From Bacteroidales bacterium (GTDB lineage Bacteria > Bacteroidota > Bacteroidia > Bacteroidales > Paludibacteraceae): a stretch of 64,000 bases of DNA. The position numbers were made by a program, and so were the translations under genes. The DNA lies in the NCBI GenBank assembly GCA_038244215.1, contig JBBRTR010000001.1:314-64313 (forward strand). The letters are read 5' to 3'. The notes beneath the pieces were generated by a model, which worked only from the letters and a program-made list of their open reading frames with translations, ran no database searches and was not told the DNA's origin. Positions within the stretch are counted from its first letter, which is position 1; each line of letters starts with the position of its first letter. Of the stretch, positions 1 to 10,438 are shown piece by piece.

Positions 1-248
1 GATGACAAATCTATGGATTCAGAATCAGCACCGTTATTCAACAATCGGCAAACTTCATCCAGTTTTTGATTATATGTTTCTTGCGGATCAATGCTTAGAT
101 CGGGAATAGTAGAACATTCTCCAATACCCATAAAACCATCTTTCTCCAAGATCAAAAACGATGAAGATTTATTCAACAAAATGCCCCGCGAAGTTCCGGC
201 GGGCAATTTGAATAGGAAATTTATGGTGGTGTATCTTGTTTTAATCAT
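1..248 (-). CDS. menC: o-succinylbenzoate synthase, N-terminal part (runs off the window edge)
   Basis: My translation from ATG at 248: MIKTRYTTINFLFKLPAGTSRGILLNK...GIGECSTIPDLSID. The AGTSRG and GEC motifs match Bacteroidota MenC, and it follows menA in the men operon. Confidence 0.85.
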   Translation of the reverse strand, partial: MIKTRYTTINFLFKLPAGTSRGILLNKSSSFLILEKDGFMGIGECSTIPDLSIDPQETYNQKLDEVCRLLNNGADSESIDLS

Positions 249-295
249 ATTTTAAATACAAAAGACAGAAGTTTTTGAACTCCGTAACTCCATGT

Positions 296-1249
296 TTATA
301 GTAAAAGTCCTATTCCAAAAGTTAGTGCAAATACCAAACTTGCCATCGATAATCGTGGCAATTCAGGATAAAGTTCAAGAGCATCTTTGTAAGTGAACAC
401 TTTCTTTAAGTTCAAAAATAAAATCGGGAATGAAAGCAAAAACAACCATTGCCATGCAGCATGATAATTCAATAAAGTATAAGCGATTGTCATCACTCCA
501 GCCCCACTCACCAGCAACAAATGATAAATTGCAGCTTTTTTTACTCCCATAGCCACCACAATCGTCATTTTTCCAGCATTTTTATCGGCTTCGTAATCAC
601 GCATATTATTCATATTGAGCACGCCTGTACTTAAAAACCCAATAGCCGAAGCTGGTAAAAGTAAATCCCAACTGAACGATTGTGTATGCAGAAAATACGT
701 TCCGAGAACGCCAACTAACCCAAAGAAAATAAACACGAAAATATCGCCCAACCCACGATAACCATACGGATTTTTACCAACCGTGTACTTTATGGCAGCT
801 GCTATGGCAGCAATTCCCAACATACTAAAAATCAGCAAGTTGGTAATATCCATTCCATGTGTTCCAATCAAAATAAGTGATAAACCGGAAACAGCACACA
901 AAATTCCGATAACAATTATTCCTCGCAACATAGTTTTTGGCATAATTTCACCCGATTGAACCATCCGTTTTGGTCCAATGCGCTCGGCAGTATCTTTGCC
1001 ATTTACAAAATCGCCATAATCATTTGCCATGTTCGACATAATTTGCAACAAAACGGTTGTCAGAGCCGCCAAACCAAATACCGACCAACGAAACTTTTCG
1101 TCAGCAGCAGCCAAACTTGAGCCAATAATGGTATTTGATAATGCCAGTGGCAAGGTGCGTAAGCGGAAAGCAGAAATCCAGTTTTTCCAGCTCCCTAAAT
1201 TCCCCGATGGGGGACTTGTAATCAGATTTGATTGTTTATTGTTTTGCAT
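296..1249 (-). CDS. menA: 1,4-dihydroxy-2-naphthoate octaprenyltransferase; start uncertain (1249, 1261 or 1270)
   Basis: RLRTLPL, NMANDYGD and NNMRDYEADK UbiA-family motifs, multiple TM segments, men operon context. Confidence 0.92.
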   Translation of the reverse strand: MQNNKQSNLITSPPSGNLGSWKNWISAFRLRTLPLALSNTIIGSSLAAADEKFRWSVFGLAALTTVLLQIMSNMANDYGDFVNGKDTAERIGPKRMVQSGEIMPKTMLRGIIVIGILCAVSGLSLILIGTHGMDITNLLIFSMLGIAAIAAAIKYTVGKNPYGYRGLGDIFVFIFFGLVGVLGTYFLHTQSFSWDLLLPASAIGFLSTGVLNMNNMRDYEADKNAGKMTIVVAMGVKKAAIYHLLLVSGAGVMTIAYTLLNYHAAWQWLFLLSFPILFLNLKKVFTYKDALELYPELPRLSMASLVFALTFGIGLLL

Positions 1250-1312
1250 AAGATTATTCATTTCGTTCAAAAACCACGTCTTAAAGTCCCCCTTCGGGGG
1301 ATTTAGGGGGCT
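1189..1312. mobile_element. MITE/REP-doublet-like element with 29-bp inverted ends, overlapping the menA 5' end
   Basis: 1189-1217 agctccctaaattccccgatgggggactt versus the reverse complement of 1284-1312 agccccctaaatcccccgaagggggactt (3 mismatches). Confidence 0.8.
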
Positions 1313-1327
1313 TTGATTCAGGGGTCT

Positions 1328-2143
1328 TTAAGGCATTTTCGGGAATTTCGAAAAATCTGGTTTGCGTTTTTCCAGAAAAGCATTTTTTCCCTCGTGCGCT
1401 TCTTCTGTCATATAATATAACATGGTTGCGTTTCCCGCTAATTCCTGAATTCCAGCTTGTCCGTCGAGTTCAGCGTTGAGTCCGGCTTTAATCATGCGCA
1501 ATGCCAACGGACTATGTTGCATCATCTCCTTACACCATTTCACGGTTTCATCTTCTAACTGTTCGTATGGTACAACTGCATTTACTAAACCCATTTCTAA
1601 TGCTTCTTTTGCTGAATACTGACGACATAAAAACCAGATTTCACGAGCCTTTTTCTGACCCACAATGCGTGCCAAATAAGAAGACCCAAATCCGGCATCA
1701 AAACTACCGACTTTTGGTCCGGTTTGTCCAAAAATCGCATTCTCAGACGCAATCGATAAATCACAAACCACCTGCAAAACGTGTCCGCCACCAATAGCAA
1801 AACCGTTTACCATAGCCACAACGGGTTTTGGTAAACTCCGAATTAACTTTTGTAAATCTAGCACATTCAAACGAGGAACGCCATCTTTGCCAATGTATCC
1901 ACCAAGTTGTTTCACATTGATGTCACCACCACTGCAAAATGCTTTATCTCCTTCACCCGTCAGAATTACCGTTGCAATATCCTGACTATCACGGCAAAAA
2001 ACCATACATTCAATGATTTCCTTAATCGTATCCGGCGTAAAAGCATTGCGGTAGCGCGGACGGTTAATCGTAATTTTTGCTATTCCTTCAAAATATTCGA
2101 ACTTGATTTCTTCGAATTTTTTAATTGTTGTCCAGTTTCTCAT
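1328..2143 (-). CDS. menB: 1,4-dihydroxy-2-naphthoyl-CoA synthase
   Basis: [28 protein letters not shown]. Likely start MRNW at 2143; the longer ORF start at 2167 lies in a repeat. Confidence 0.97.
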   Translation of the reverse strand: MRNWTTIKKFEEIKFEYFEGIAKITINRPRYRNAFTPDTIKEIIECMVFCRDSQDIATVILTGEGDKAFCSGGDINVKQLGGYIGKDGVPRLNVLDLQKLIRSLPKPVVAMVNGFAIGGGHVLQVVCDLSIASENAIFGQTGPKVGSFDAGFGSSYLARIVGQKKAREIWFLCRQYSAKEALEMGLVNAVVPYEQLEDETVKWCKEMMQHSPLALRMIKAGLNAELDGQAGIQELAGNATMLYYMTEEAHEGKNAFLEKRKPDFSKFPKMP

Positions 2144-2158
2144 GATGATTAATGTAAA

Positions 2159-2273
2159 TGACCCCAAACCCCTAAAGGGGAATAAGAGATGTTAGTATTT
2201 TTTGTTTTTATCAAACCAAGTATTTTTTCAAGAGAAGAAAGTAATCCAATTCCCCTTTAGGGGTTAGGGGTCA
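2159..2273. mobile_element. MITE/REP-doublet-like element with 25-bp inverted ends
   Basis: 2159-2183 tgaccccaaacccctaaaggggaat versus the reverse complement of 2249-2273 tgacccctaacccctaaaggggaat (1 mismatch). Confidence 0.85.
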
Positions 2274-3944
2274 TTTTTTTATATTCTTAAAATATCCTTT
2301 ATAATTCTCCGTATTTAAATCGGCATCTGTAAAAATCTCCAATACAGTTGCTTTCTTCGCATTGAGGAAATTCTTCATATTTTCTTCTAATTCTTCAGTT
2401 TTATCGCAAGCCAAATAATCCAATCCATAGGCTTCTACCAAAGATTTTATTTTCACATGATGCGGCGTGGTGAAAAAGTCCAGACTTTTTTCCATCAATT
2501 GTTTGTCTCCAATAAAACGGAAAATATTTCCTCCATTATTATTCAAAACGATTATTTTAAAATTGTTTCCAATATAATTATTCCACAAACCATTCGAATC
2601 GTAAATAAAAGATACGTCGCCCGTCAGAAAAATAGTCGGTTGTTTTGACGCAAATGCATGACCAGCAGCGGTTGACAAACTTCCATCAATTCCGGATGTT
2701 CCACGGTTACAGAAATAGGTCAAATCGGATCTGGTCGGAAAAAGCTGAGTCCAGCGAATGGCAGTGCTGTTTGCCAAATGCAGGTTTATATTTTTTGGTG
2801 CAATTTCCAGCAATTTCTTTACCGCACTCATATCCGAGATTAAGTCATTTGCAACAAAAGCATCATGACGATTCGTAACCAATCCATTTTGAGTTTGGAA
2901 AAGTTCGGAATAAGAACTGTTGGTTTTTTTCAACGGCATTTTCAATAAAATTTCATTTGCAGAGCCTGGAATTATCAGATCCAGACATTCGTAAGTATCC
3001 ACATAAGGTAATGACGATTCCAGTTGCCAGTGTGCAGCGGCTTGAAATTCGCGTAAAAATAATTTTAGTTGTTTGCATATAACCGAATGTCCGATCGTTA
3101 TGAGCAAATCGGGTTTAAATGAAGTTTTGTTTTCGGGTGAGAGTGATGAGAAAAATGACTCCGGACGAGTTATTATTTTCTCTCCACTGATATTTGCAAG
3201 ATTTTCAGCAATTACAATCACATCCGGTTCATTTGCGAGCCAATTTGCCAACTGATTCAATGCTTCATTTTTTGGAAAAACACCAAAAACCACCATCTTT
3301 TTTGAAAGAGTAGTCCATTGACTTTGCAACTTTTCCAAATTCTCTTTAGTCGGAGAAATTACACTTTCAAGAGTTTTAAAAATCTTTGGAAAGCTATGTT
3401 TTTCCGGCAAAGCAGTATAAATCGGTTCTCTAAGCGGCACATTAATTTGTACCGGACCCTGTGGATAAGAAACTGCAGTATCTATTGCCTGAGAAACCTG
3501 ACGATCTGAATATTGTAAGTCAGCATCCTGAACTGTTTCAACAGGCAACTCAAAACTTCCTTTTATATAATTACTATATATATTTTTTTGACGAAGTGTT
3601 TGTCCATCAGCCTGATCAATCATTTCAGAAGGACGATCGGCTGTAAAAACAAGTAATGGTAAATTTTGATAATAAGCTTCCGAAATGGCCGGAGCAAAGT
3701 TCAAAACCGCTGTTCCTGAAGTACAAACTAAGGCAACCGCTTCACCACTTTGCAAAGCAATTCCCAATGCAAAATAAGCTGCCGAACGTTCGTCGGTAAT
3801 ACTCAAACATTCCATGTCCGGCTGAGTCGTAAATGCAAAAATCAATGGAGCATTTCGTGAACCGGGTGCAATGATAACATGACGAACTCCATGTTGAGCG
3901 CAAATTTCGGGTATATTCTTAATTCCTTGGCGGAAATGATTCAT
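2271..3944 (-). CDS. menD: SEPHCHC synthase
   Basis: PGSRNAPL, DERSAAYFALG, CTSGTA, NRGTSGIDG and the GD...NNNGGNIF ThDP motif. Confidence 0.96.
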   Translation of the reverse strand: MNHFRQGIKNIPEICAQHGVRHVIIAPGSRNAPLIFAFTTQPDMECLSITDERSAAYFALGIALQSGEAVALVCTSGTAVLNFAPAISEAYYQNLPLLVFTADRPSEMIDQADGQTLRQKNIYSNYIKGSFELPVETVQDADLQYSDRQVSQAIDTAVSYPQGPVQINVPLREPIYTALPEKHSFPKIFKTLESVISPTKENLEKLQSQWTTLSKKMVVFGVFPKNEALNQLANWLANEPDVIVIAENLANISGEKIITRPESFFSSLSPENKTSFKPDLLITIGHSVICKQLKLFLREFQAAAHWQLESSLPYVDTYECLDLIIPGSANEILLKMPLKKTNSSYSELFQTQNGLVTNRHDAFVANDLISDMSAVKKLLEIAPKNINLHLANSTAIRWTQLFPTRSDLTYFCNRGTSGIDGSLSTAAGHAFASKQPTIFLTGDVSFIYDSNGLWNNYIGNNFKIIVLNNNGGNIFRFIGDKQLMEKSLDFFTTPHHVKIKSLVEAYGLDYLACDKTEELEENMKNFLNAKKATVLEIFTDADLNTENYKGYFKNIKK

Positions 3945-3988
3945 TCAATTTATAATTTAAAAATTTTCGATTTATCATTTAATTTTTT

Positions 3989-4010
3989 TTCCCTTTATGG
4001 ATTAAGGGGC
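3989..4010. repeat. degenerate single copy of the C-run/G-run palindromic element, containing the menF stop codon
   Basis: Minus strand reads gccccttaatccataaagggaa, similar to the copies at 2249-2273 and 54612-54634. Confidence 0.5.
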
Positions 4011-5135
4011 AATCACATTCATCATCGTCATCATTTTATGATCTGTTTCCTCCCATTCGCGTTCGGCAACTGACGAAGCTGTAATTCCAGCTCCACTATA
4101 AAGTACAAAGTCCTTTTCAAACAATTGCAAACAACGTAAGTTTACAAAAATAGCACTTTTTTCGTTGATATTTACAGGTCCCAGGAAACCGGTATAATAA
4201 GCACGATCGTGTTTTTCATTCGCTAAAATGAAATTCCGTGCTGCAGTTTTTGGCAGTCCACCCACCGAAGGAGTCGGATGTAATGCTTTCAAAAATTCTC
4301 TGAAGTGGTTATTTAATTCAGATTTTGGAAACTCAAAAGCTGTTTTTAAATGAATCAGATTGGCAGCTTGATAATTTTCAGGTCCGGTTTTGGTGATATT
4401 TTTAATTTCGAGCGAAAGTAATATATTATCAACAAAATCGGTTACAATTCCTTGTTCCTCAATTTCTTTCGGACTCCATTGATAACTTTCAATATCAGCT
4501 CCGGTGGAAATCTGAGTTCCAGCCAATGAAACAGTTTTTACTTTTTCATCTTCAATTACCAACAAAGGTTCGGGCGTAGCACCCATCCAACAACCGACTT
4601 CCGGTAATTGCATCATATAAACGAATGCATGTGGATATTTGGAACATAATTTCAGAAAGAAATCAGGAGCTAAAAATTTGTCATTTAATTTCTCCAAACG
4701 TATTTTTGATAAAACTATTTTATGATATTTATCATTCATCATGGCATTTTTAGCCAGATTCACATTCCCAATAAATTCAGCCGGAGAAGTTGTCTTAATT
4801 TCGAGATCAGTTCGTTTTGGGAATGATAGAAACCGTTCGTTTTCAGAAAGTTCCTTTAAATATATTTCTTCAATTTCATTCGAAATATAAACACAATCAG
4901 GTTTAAGAAAATAAGTTGCATTCTGTTCCGTTTCATGAAAAGGAGCTACAACAAATCCTGTTCTCTTGTCAATATCATTCAAAGATGTCAGTTTTTCAGG
5001 AAAGGAAAGATGCTGAACTAATGTGATAATTCCTACTTCGAGCGGCAAACGGTACGAAACAAAAGGTATATTTTGCTTCAGACAAGTTTCCTGAAGTTTT
5101 GTAAGCTGCTGATATTTATTGTTCTGTAATTCCAT
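4002..5135 (-). CDS. menF: isochorismate synthase
   Basis: GATPE, SLAGT, KEIEEQ, LHPTPSVGG, RAYYTG and GAGIT chorismate-binding motifs. Confidence 0.93.
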   Translation of the reverse strand: MELQNNKYQQLTKLQETCLKQNIPFVSYRLPLEVGIITLVQHLSFPEKLTSLNDIDKRTGFVVAPFHETEQNATYFLKPDCVYISNEIEEIYLKELSENERFLSFPKRTDLEIKTTSPAEFIGNVNLAKNAMMNDKYHKIVLSKIRLEKLNDKFLAPDFFLKLCSKYPHAFVYMMQLPEVGCWMGATPEPLLVIEDEKVKTVSLAGTQISTGADIESYQWSPKEIEEQGIVTDFVDNILLSLEIKNITKTGPENYQAANLIHLKTAFEFPKSELNNHFREFLKALHPTPSVGGLPKTAARNFILANEKHDRAYYTGFLGPVNINEKSAIFVNLRCLQLFEKDFVLYSGAGITASSVAEREWEETDHKMMTMMNVIAP

Positions 5136-5165
5136 CAGGTATCCACATTTAGAGCTTAAGTTTCT

Positions 5166-5582
5166 TTACTTTAACGGAATAATCCGGTTTGTGAGTCGAC
5201 AAATAGAAACTAATACATCTATTTCGTCCTGAATTCGGATTTCCCAAACGTGGGAACTTTTGCCCTGATGAACTAACGTGGCAACAGCCATCACAGAATT
5301 TTCTTTTGTCGTACCAACATGACTTCCACTGATTTCCACTCCTAAAACCTGATATTTTGTATTATCAACTAACAAATATGAACCGACACTTCCGACTGAT
5401 TCCGCCAGAGCCATCGAAGCACCACCATGCAATCGTTTTGCCGGCTGAATGGTGCGGTGGTCAACAGGCATTCGTGCAATCACTTTTCCGGCTGAAACCT
5501 CGATAAATTCTATTCCCAAATGTTCAATCAATGTACTTTTACACAAGTCATTGATCATTTCGGTAGTATATATTTTATGCAT
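5166..5582 (-). CDS. menI: hotdog-fold thioesterase, DHNA-CoA hydrolase
   Basis: QPAKRLHGGASMALAES PaaI-type motif; first gene of the men operon. Confidence 0.8.
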   Translation of the reverse strand: MHKIYTTEMINDLCKSTLIEHLGIEFIEVSAGKVIARMPVDHRTIQPAKRLHGGASMALAESVGSVGSYLLVDNTKYQVLGVEISGSHVGTTKENSVMAVATLVHQGKSSHVWEIRIQDEIDVLVSICRLTNRIIPLK

Positions 5583-5667
5583 AAAGATCGTTTATTAAAT
5601 TTTCAGTGTATTGTTGTGCAAAGATAAGAATTTATCTAAATTTAGAAATTAAATTGTAAATCCTTTT

Positions 5668-7746
5668 TTACCAGCCAAATTTTATTTTCAGGTAAATATT
5701 TCGTCCGGGTTCCAGTTTAATCACTCCACGAGTTGACGAAAGATGATCGAAATAAGCCGTATTCAGAAGATTATCAATTCCTGCAAATAGTTGCAAATGA
5801 GTGTTATTCAGATTTATGTATTTTGAATGTGCATCCAGATTAAAAATTATATGTCCCGCGGTGGCAGTTTCTGTAGATGCAATTTCGTTTTGACTTGCAG
5901 CCCACAAAGTTGAAAAAGATGCACCAAAATCATTATTGTCATAATTAAAAGTTGCAAATCCATGCAAAGGCGGAATTTGTGGTAAAAAAGTATTTGCATC
6001 AACATCATGTGCTTGAGTATATGACGCATTAGCCAAAACTGTAAACCTGTTATTAATCAGCCATTTTCCTTCCATTTCAGCTCCAAGAAACAAAGCTTTA
6101 CTAATGTTTTGGTTAATCCAGATATTGGAAGTTGAAGTACTATGAACTTCCTGTATCAGATTGGTCAGATAATTGGCATAAACATCAGCTTTCAGGCTGA
6201 AATTATTTCCAACAATTGTATAATTCAGGTTTGAAAAATTACCTTGTTCCGGTTTTAAGTCAGGATTTCCTTGATGTATATTTGAACCCAAATTTATATA
6301 TTTAAAAAGTTCTTCGATGGAAGGAGCTCGGTAAGAATTAGAAAGCGAAACAGTAAGAGATTGAGATTTTGTAAGGTTGTAAACCAAATCAACGTGCGCT
6401 GCATAACTGAGATTTTCATGCTTCGAAGCCACAAACATAACGCTGCGGGTCAGATTATTTTCATTTGTCAGAACATTTTGCCTTACAGTATATTTGAATA
6501 ACGGATTGTAAGCTGTGTCATTTGCAACTTGAATATAATCAAACCTTAAACCTGCTTCCAATGTCCATTTATCAGGAACAATTTTCCATGAATAATGGGC
6601 AAACACACCGGCATCATACATTTTAGCATTCGGACTGGGTAAATCGCCGGTAACCGTTAACAAAGAATCTGCAGAATTCTTTTCTGTCAAACGAATCGTC
6701 TTAGAATCCCGAACCCAACCTTCAGCTCCTAAAATCAATTTATGGTTTTCTTCAAATTGCCAATCGGAAGTAAATTTTGCCCCGGATGTTTTATTCACGC
6801 TGCTTGGGAGCAGAGTTATCGTTGGATCGGCAGGTTTCAGTTCCACTTCACGACTGATATTCTGTGTATAAGCTTTGATATTAATTTGATGCAAATTTTC
6901 ATTGAAATAGGAAATAATGTATTCACCAACCAATTGATTTCGTGCAATTCCGGTATATCGAGCCATTGCCGTTGCAGGGAAAGTTCTTCCGCCGGGAATT
7001 CCAATATCCCAACCCTCGAAATGTTGATAATTTGCCTTAAATTCCTGATTTGGAGAGTACATAATACCGGCCTTTATACCATAAGATGCATCGTGGAACT
7101 GACTATTTGGCAAAATTCCACTCGGCGTCATTGTGTTTTGGGCCGTACGGAAGCTTCCGTTCAAAGCAATATACCATTGATTGGTAGTAAATTGAATATT
7201 GGCAAAATTAGCCCATAAATTATTAACCGTATTAAACTCAGTTCCAATATTTCCTTTGGTCTGAAAAACAAAACTATATTCTGGCGTTTTTGTGACAAAA
7301 TTCACCACACCACCCATGGCTCCTGTCCCATATAAAACCGAACTAGCACCTATTATAACCTCAATTTTTTCCAGATCATTCATATCAATTGTCGACATGG
7401 GTCCTGAATTTTCGGTAGCTGTCTGAATCCGGTCTCCATCCACCATTTCCAATATTCGCTGTTCCGAAAAGCCTCTGATATTAATTGAAGTCGACCAGAT
7501 TCCATCACGGGCAATAGAAATTCCGGTTTCCCGTTGTAATACGTCAGCAGGTGTAAAAAAAGAAGCTGCCTGAATTTGTTTAGAGTCAACGGTGACCATT
7601 GGAAAAGAAAGAACTTTTGGAAAATCAGCTACAACCGTGATTTCCTCTATATTTTTGTTGCGAATCGAATCGTTAAACAATTCTGTCGGTTTTACCGGAG
7701 CTAGAAATGAGGAACCTAACAAAAGTGATAAAAATAATGAAGTCAT
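5668..7746 (-). CDS. TonB-dependent outer-membrane receptor
   Basis: Signal peptide, plug motifs (INIRGF, IEVIIGASSVLYGTGAMGGVVN), GNPDLKPE, C-terminal aromatic residue (PGRNIYLKIKFGW). Confidence 0.92.
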   Translation of the reverse strand: MTSLFLSLLLGSSFLAPVKPTELFNDSIRNKNIEEITVVADFPKVLSFPMVTVDSKQIQAASFFTPADVLQRETGISIARDGIWSTSINIRGFSEQRILEMVDGDRIQTATENSGPMSTIDMNDLEKIEVIIGASSVLYGTGAMGGVVNFVTKTPEYSFVFQTKGNIGTEFNTVNNLWANFANIQFTTNQWYIALNGSFRTAQNTMTPSGILPNSQFHDASYGIKAGIMYSPNQEFKANYQHFEGWDIGIPGGRTFPATAMARYTGIARNQLVGEYIISYFNENLHQINIKAYTQNISREVELKPADPTITLLPSSVNKTSGAKFTSDWQFEENHKLILGAEGWVRDSKTIRLTEKNSADSLLTVTGDLPSPNAKMYDAGVFAHYSWKIVPDKWTLEAGLRFDYIQVANDTAYNPLFKYTVRQNVLTNENNLTRSVMFVASKHENLSYAAHVDLVYNLTKSQSLTVSLSNSYRAPSIEELFKYINLGSNIHQGNPDLKPEQGNFSNLNYTIVGNNFSLKADVYANYLTNLIQEVHSTSTSNIWINQNISKALFLGAEMEGKWLINNRFTVLANASYTQAHDVDANTFLPQIPPLHGFATFNYDNNDFGASFSTLWAASQNEIASTETATAGHIIFNLDAHSKYINLNNTHLQLFAGIDNLLNTAYFDHLSSTRGVIKLEPGRNIYLKIKFGW

Positions 7747-7872
7747 ATATTCCGGTTTTTGAATTAGCTATTTTAAAATATATACTACCTGAGATTTAGT
7801 GTTTTAAATAAAATGAAAAAATAGTTTTATTCATTTTCAGACTTTAGGTATAATAATTGATAGAAATATTTA

Positions 7873-7880
7873 CAAAAGTA
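7873..7880 (-). promoter_or_regulatory. Bacteroidota -7 promoter box for the TonB-dependent receptor
   Basis: Minus strand TACTTTTG matches TAnnTTTG. Confidence 0.5.
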
Positions 7881-8088
7881 CACTAAAATAACATTGAAAA
7901 ACTATCAAAATGTAACACTAAAAACTCTGGCGTTGTTAAATAATCCTATTTATTAATAGTAAAACAATTTTTTTGGTCAAAAGTTATGGAAATGTGAAAA
8001 TTCTTTCCGTAATTTGCATTCCTATTTGAAAATAAAACATTCTTTAAAATATATCATTTCTTTTTGCAATAAAACTAAAGCGAGGTAC

Positions 8089-9270
8089 ATGCGAACTGCA
8101 CAAAATGAAGAATTGAAAACTATTGGCATTTTTAACGATAGTTTTCCTCCAATAATGGATGGTGTTTCACTAGCCGCTAAAAATTATGCATATTGGTTAC
8201 AAAAAAAGAATCAACCAGTTTATGTCATCACTCCCAAATCTCCGAATTATTCTGATAATGATGATTTTCCTGTTCTCCGTTACACATCAATACCGATTTT
8301 AGGGCGAAAACCGTACCGAATTGGGTTACCGCATGTTGACAAGGATTTCAATGAAAAAATCGATAAAATTTCTTTTGGCTTGGTTCATGCTCATTGTCCT
8401 TTTAGTTCAGGTCGATTAGCATTAAGCATCGCAAAAAAACAAAAGATTCCTTTTGTTGCAACCTTCCATTCCAAATATCGTGATGATTTTGAGCATTCGG
8501 TACGCAATAAATTCATAGCCAGACAAATGACTAAAGATATCATTCGTTTTTTTGAAAAAGCAGATGAAGTCTGGATTCCTCAAGCTTCGGTTGAAGAAAC
8601 AATTCGCGAATATGGTTTTAAAGGTAAGGTGGAAGTGGTGGATAACGGAAATGATTTCGCGAGTCAGGAACCAATTGCACCGATTAAAAAACAAGCCCGC
8701 ATTAAATTGAATATTCCCGAAAAAGAAACCCTTCTGCTTTTTGTTGGTCAACATATTTGGGAAAAAAACACACGTTTAATCATTGAATCATTAGCACTTG
8801 TCAAAGATCTTTCCTTTAAAATGATTTTTATCGGTACCGGTTATGCAAAAGCGGATTTAATGCAACTCGCTGAAAATCTTGGATTAAATGACAAAGTTCA
8901 TTTTGAAGGGGTAATTACTGATCGCGAGCAAATTAAACAATATTATGCCGCTGCAGATTTGTTCCTTTTCCCTTCCATTTATGATAATGCACCACTCGTG
9001 GTACGCGAAGCTGGAGCTTTACACACACCTTCAATTTTAGTTGAAGGCGCATCCTCGGCAGAAATTGTCACTGATAATTTCAATGGATTTCTAACTTCGA
9101 ATTCTACTGAGTCTTTTGCGGCTAAGTTGCGTGAACTGATAATGAATCCTGAAAAGGTAAGAATTGCCGGCGAAAATGCATCGCGGACCATCGCACGTTC
9201 ATGGGACAGTGTTAGTGAAGAGGTTTTGGACAGATACCAAAAATTAATGTTACGTAAATGGAGACAATAA
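8089..9270 (+). CDS. GT4-family glycosyltransferase
   Basis: FNDSFPPIMDGV, HAHCPF, ADLFLFPSIYDNAPLVVREA; likely ATG at 8089. Confidence 0.9.
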   Translation: MRTAQNEELKTIGIFNDSFPPIMDGVSLAAKNYAYWLQKKNQPVYVITPKSPNYSDNDDFPVLRYTSIPILGRKPYRIGLPHVDKDFNEKIDKISFGLVHAHCPFSSGRLALSIAKKQKIPFVATFHSKYRDDFEHSVRNKFIARQMTKDIIRFFEKADEVWIPQASVEETIREYGFKGKVEVVDNGNDFASQEPIAPIKKQARIKLNIPEKETLLLFVGQHIWEKNTRLIIESLALVKDLSFKMIFIGTGYAKADLMQLAENLGLNDKVHFEGVITDREQIKQYYAAADLFLFPSIYDNAPLVVREAGALHTPSILVEGASSAEIVTDNFNGFLTSNSTESFAAKLRELIMNPEKVRIAGENASRTIARSWDSVSEEVLDRYQKLMLRKWRQ

Positions 9271-10322
9271 CTCAGATTGAAACAAAAAAAGCTTCAAGAC
9301 CTTTTAAGATATATCAGGTACTAATCCCTGTTTTGCTGGGATTATTTGTTATTGGTTGGCTTTTTCTGGACGAATTTGACCCTGCCGTTTTTTTCTCATT
9401 TAACTTTACGTATGTAAGCGTCTTGTTTATCCTATTAGCATTTTTATTGATGCTAATGCGGGATTTTGGGATGATGTGGCGTTTTCGTTTGCTGACTGAT
9501 AGGGATTTATCATGGAAACAGGCTTTTCATATCAACGTTTTAAGCGAATTTACATCAGCTGTAACTCCGGCAATTATTGGTGGTTCAAGTCTTGTGGTTA
9601 TTTTTCTGATAAAAGAAGGAATTAATGCGGGAAGAAGTACAACTATTATGTTCGTCAATTTGTTTCTGGACGAATTATTTTTCCTGATTGTTTGTCCGTT
9701 TGTTTTCCTTTTCATTCCACTCGACCAACTCTTTAATTCTAGATCGGTCATTGTTTCAACTTTTGCCATCGTATTTACAAGCCTGTATGTCACACGTTTA
9801 ATCTGGTCGACAATTATGTTTATCGGAATTTTCAAACGTCCGAACTGGATTAAGCACATTTTACTGACACTTTTCAAATTACCATTATTGAATCGTTTGT
9901 ATGATAAAGTTGAATTGCTGACGAACAATTTAGTTCAGGCTTCGCACGATATTGGAAATCGTTCGTACGGATTCTGGTTCAAAGCTTTTGGAATGACATT
10001 ACTAACATGGTCCTCTCGATTTTTAGTCGTTAACGCTGTATTTATGGCATTTAACCCTATTCACATCAATCATTTAGTAGTTTTTGCTCGACAGTTAATT
10101 TTATGGGTTTACATGGTTGTAAGTCCGACTCCGGGAGGAAGTGGTGTAACTGAATACGCATTTAAAGAGTATTACAGTGATGTTTTTGCATCAAGTAGTG
10201 CAATCATTTTTGTAACTTTGGTTTGGAGATTAATCAGTTACTATTTATACTTATTGCTTGGATTATTGGTAATTCCAAACTGGATATCAAAATCATTTGG
10301 CAAAAGTAGTTCAGATGAATAA
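9258..10322 (+). CDS. lysylphosphatidylglycerol-synthase-TM (flippase-like) membrane protein
   Basis: Multi-TM protein with SAVTPAIIGG and SPTPGGSGVTE motifs; overlaps the GT4 stop. Confidence 0.85.
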   Translation: METITQIETKKASRPFKIYQVLIPVLLGLFVIGWLFLDEFDPAVFFSFNFTYVSVLFILLAFLLMLMRDFGMMWRFRLLTDRDLSWKQAFHINVLSEFTSAVTPAIIGGSSLVVIFLIKEGINAGRSTTIMFVNLFLDELFFLIVCPFVFLFIPLDQLFNSRSVIVSTFAIVFTSLYVTRLIWSTIMFIGIFKRPNWIKHILLTLFKLPLLNRLYDKVELLTNNLVQASHDIGNRSYGFWFKAFGMTLLTWSSRFLVVNAVFMAFNPIHINHLVVFARQLILWVYMVVSPTPGGSGVTEYAFKEYYSDVFASSSAIIFVTLVWRLISYYLYLLLGLLVIPNWISKSFGKSSSDE

Positions 10323-10438
10323 TTTAATCTCTGAGTTTTTTTATCACAAAATAATAAAAACCTTTACATATCAGCACTTTGATTTATTGAATTTATCAAT
10401 TATCTTTGTGAATCGAAACAAATAAATCCATTAAAATA

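Noticed and set aside
1029-1316. 95-aa plus-strand ORF and the many other short antisense or nested ORFs in the track
   Set aside because: They are shadow ORFs of well-supported genes; the SPFGGFRG ending here is just the palindromic element translated.
1-5582. Absence of menH and menE from the men operon as a novelty
   Set aside because: The operon runs off the window edge, so the genes may lie just outside or elsewhere.
7795-7923. acactaaaa direct repeats and one inverted copy around the TonB-receptor promoter
   Set aside because: A possible operator, but too short and AT-rich to distinguish from chance.
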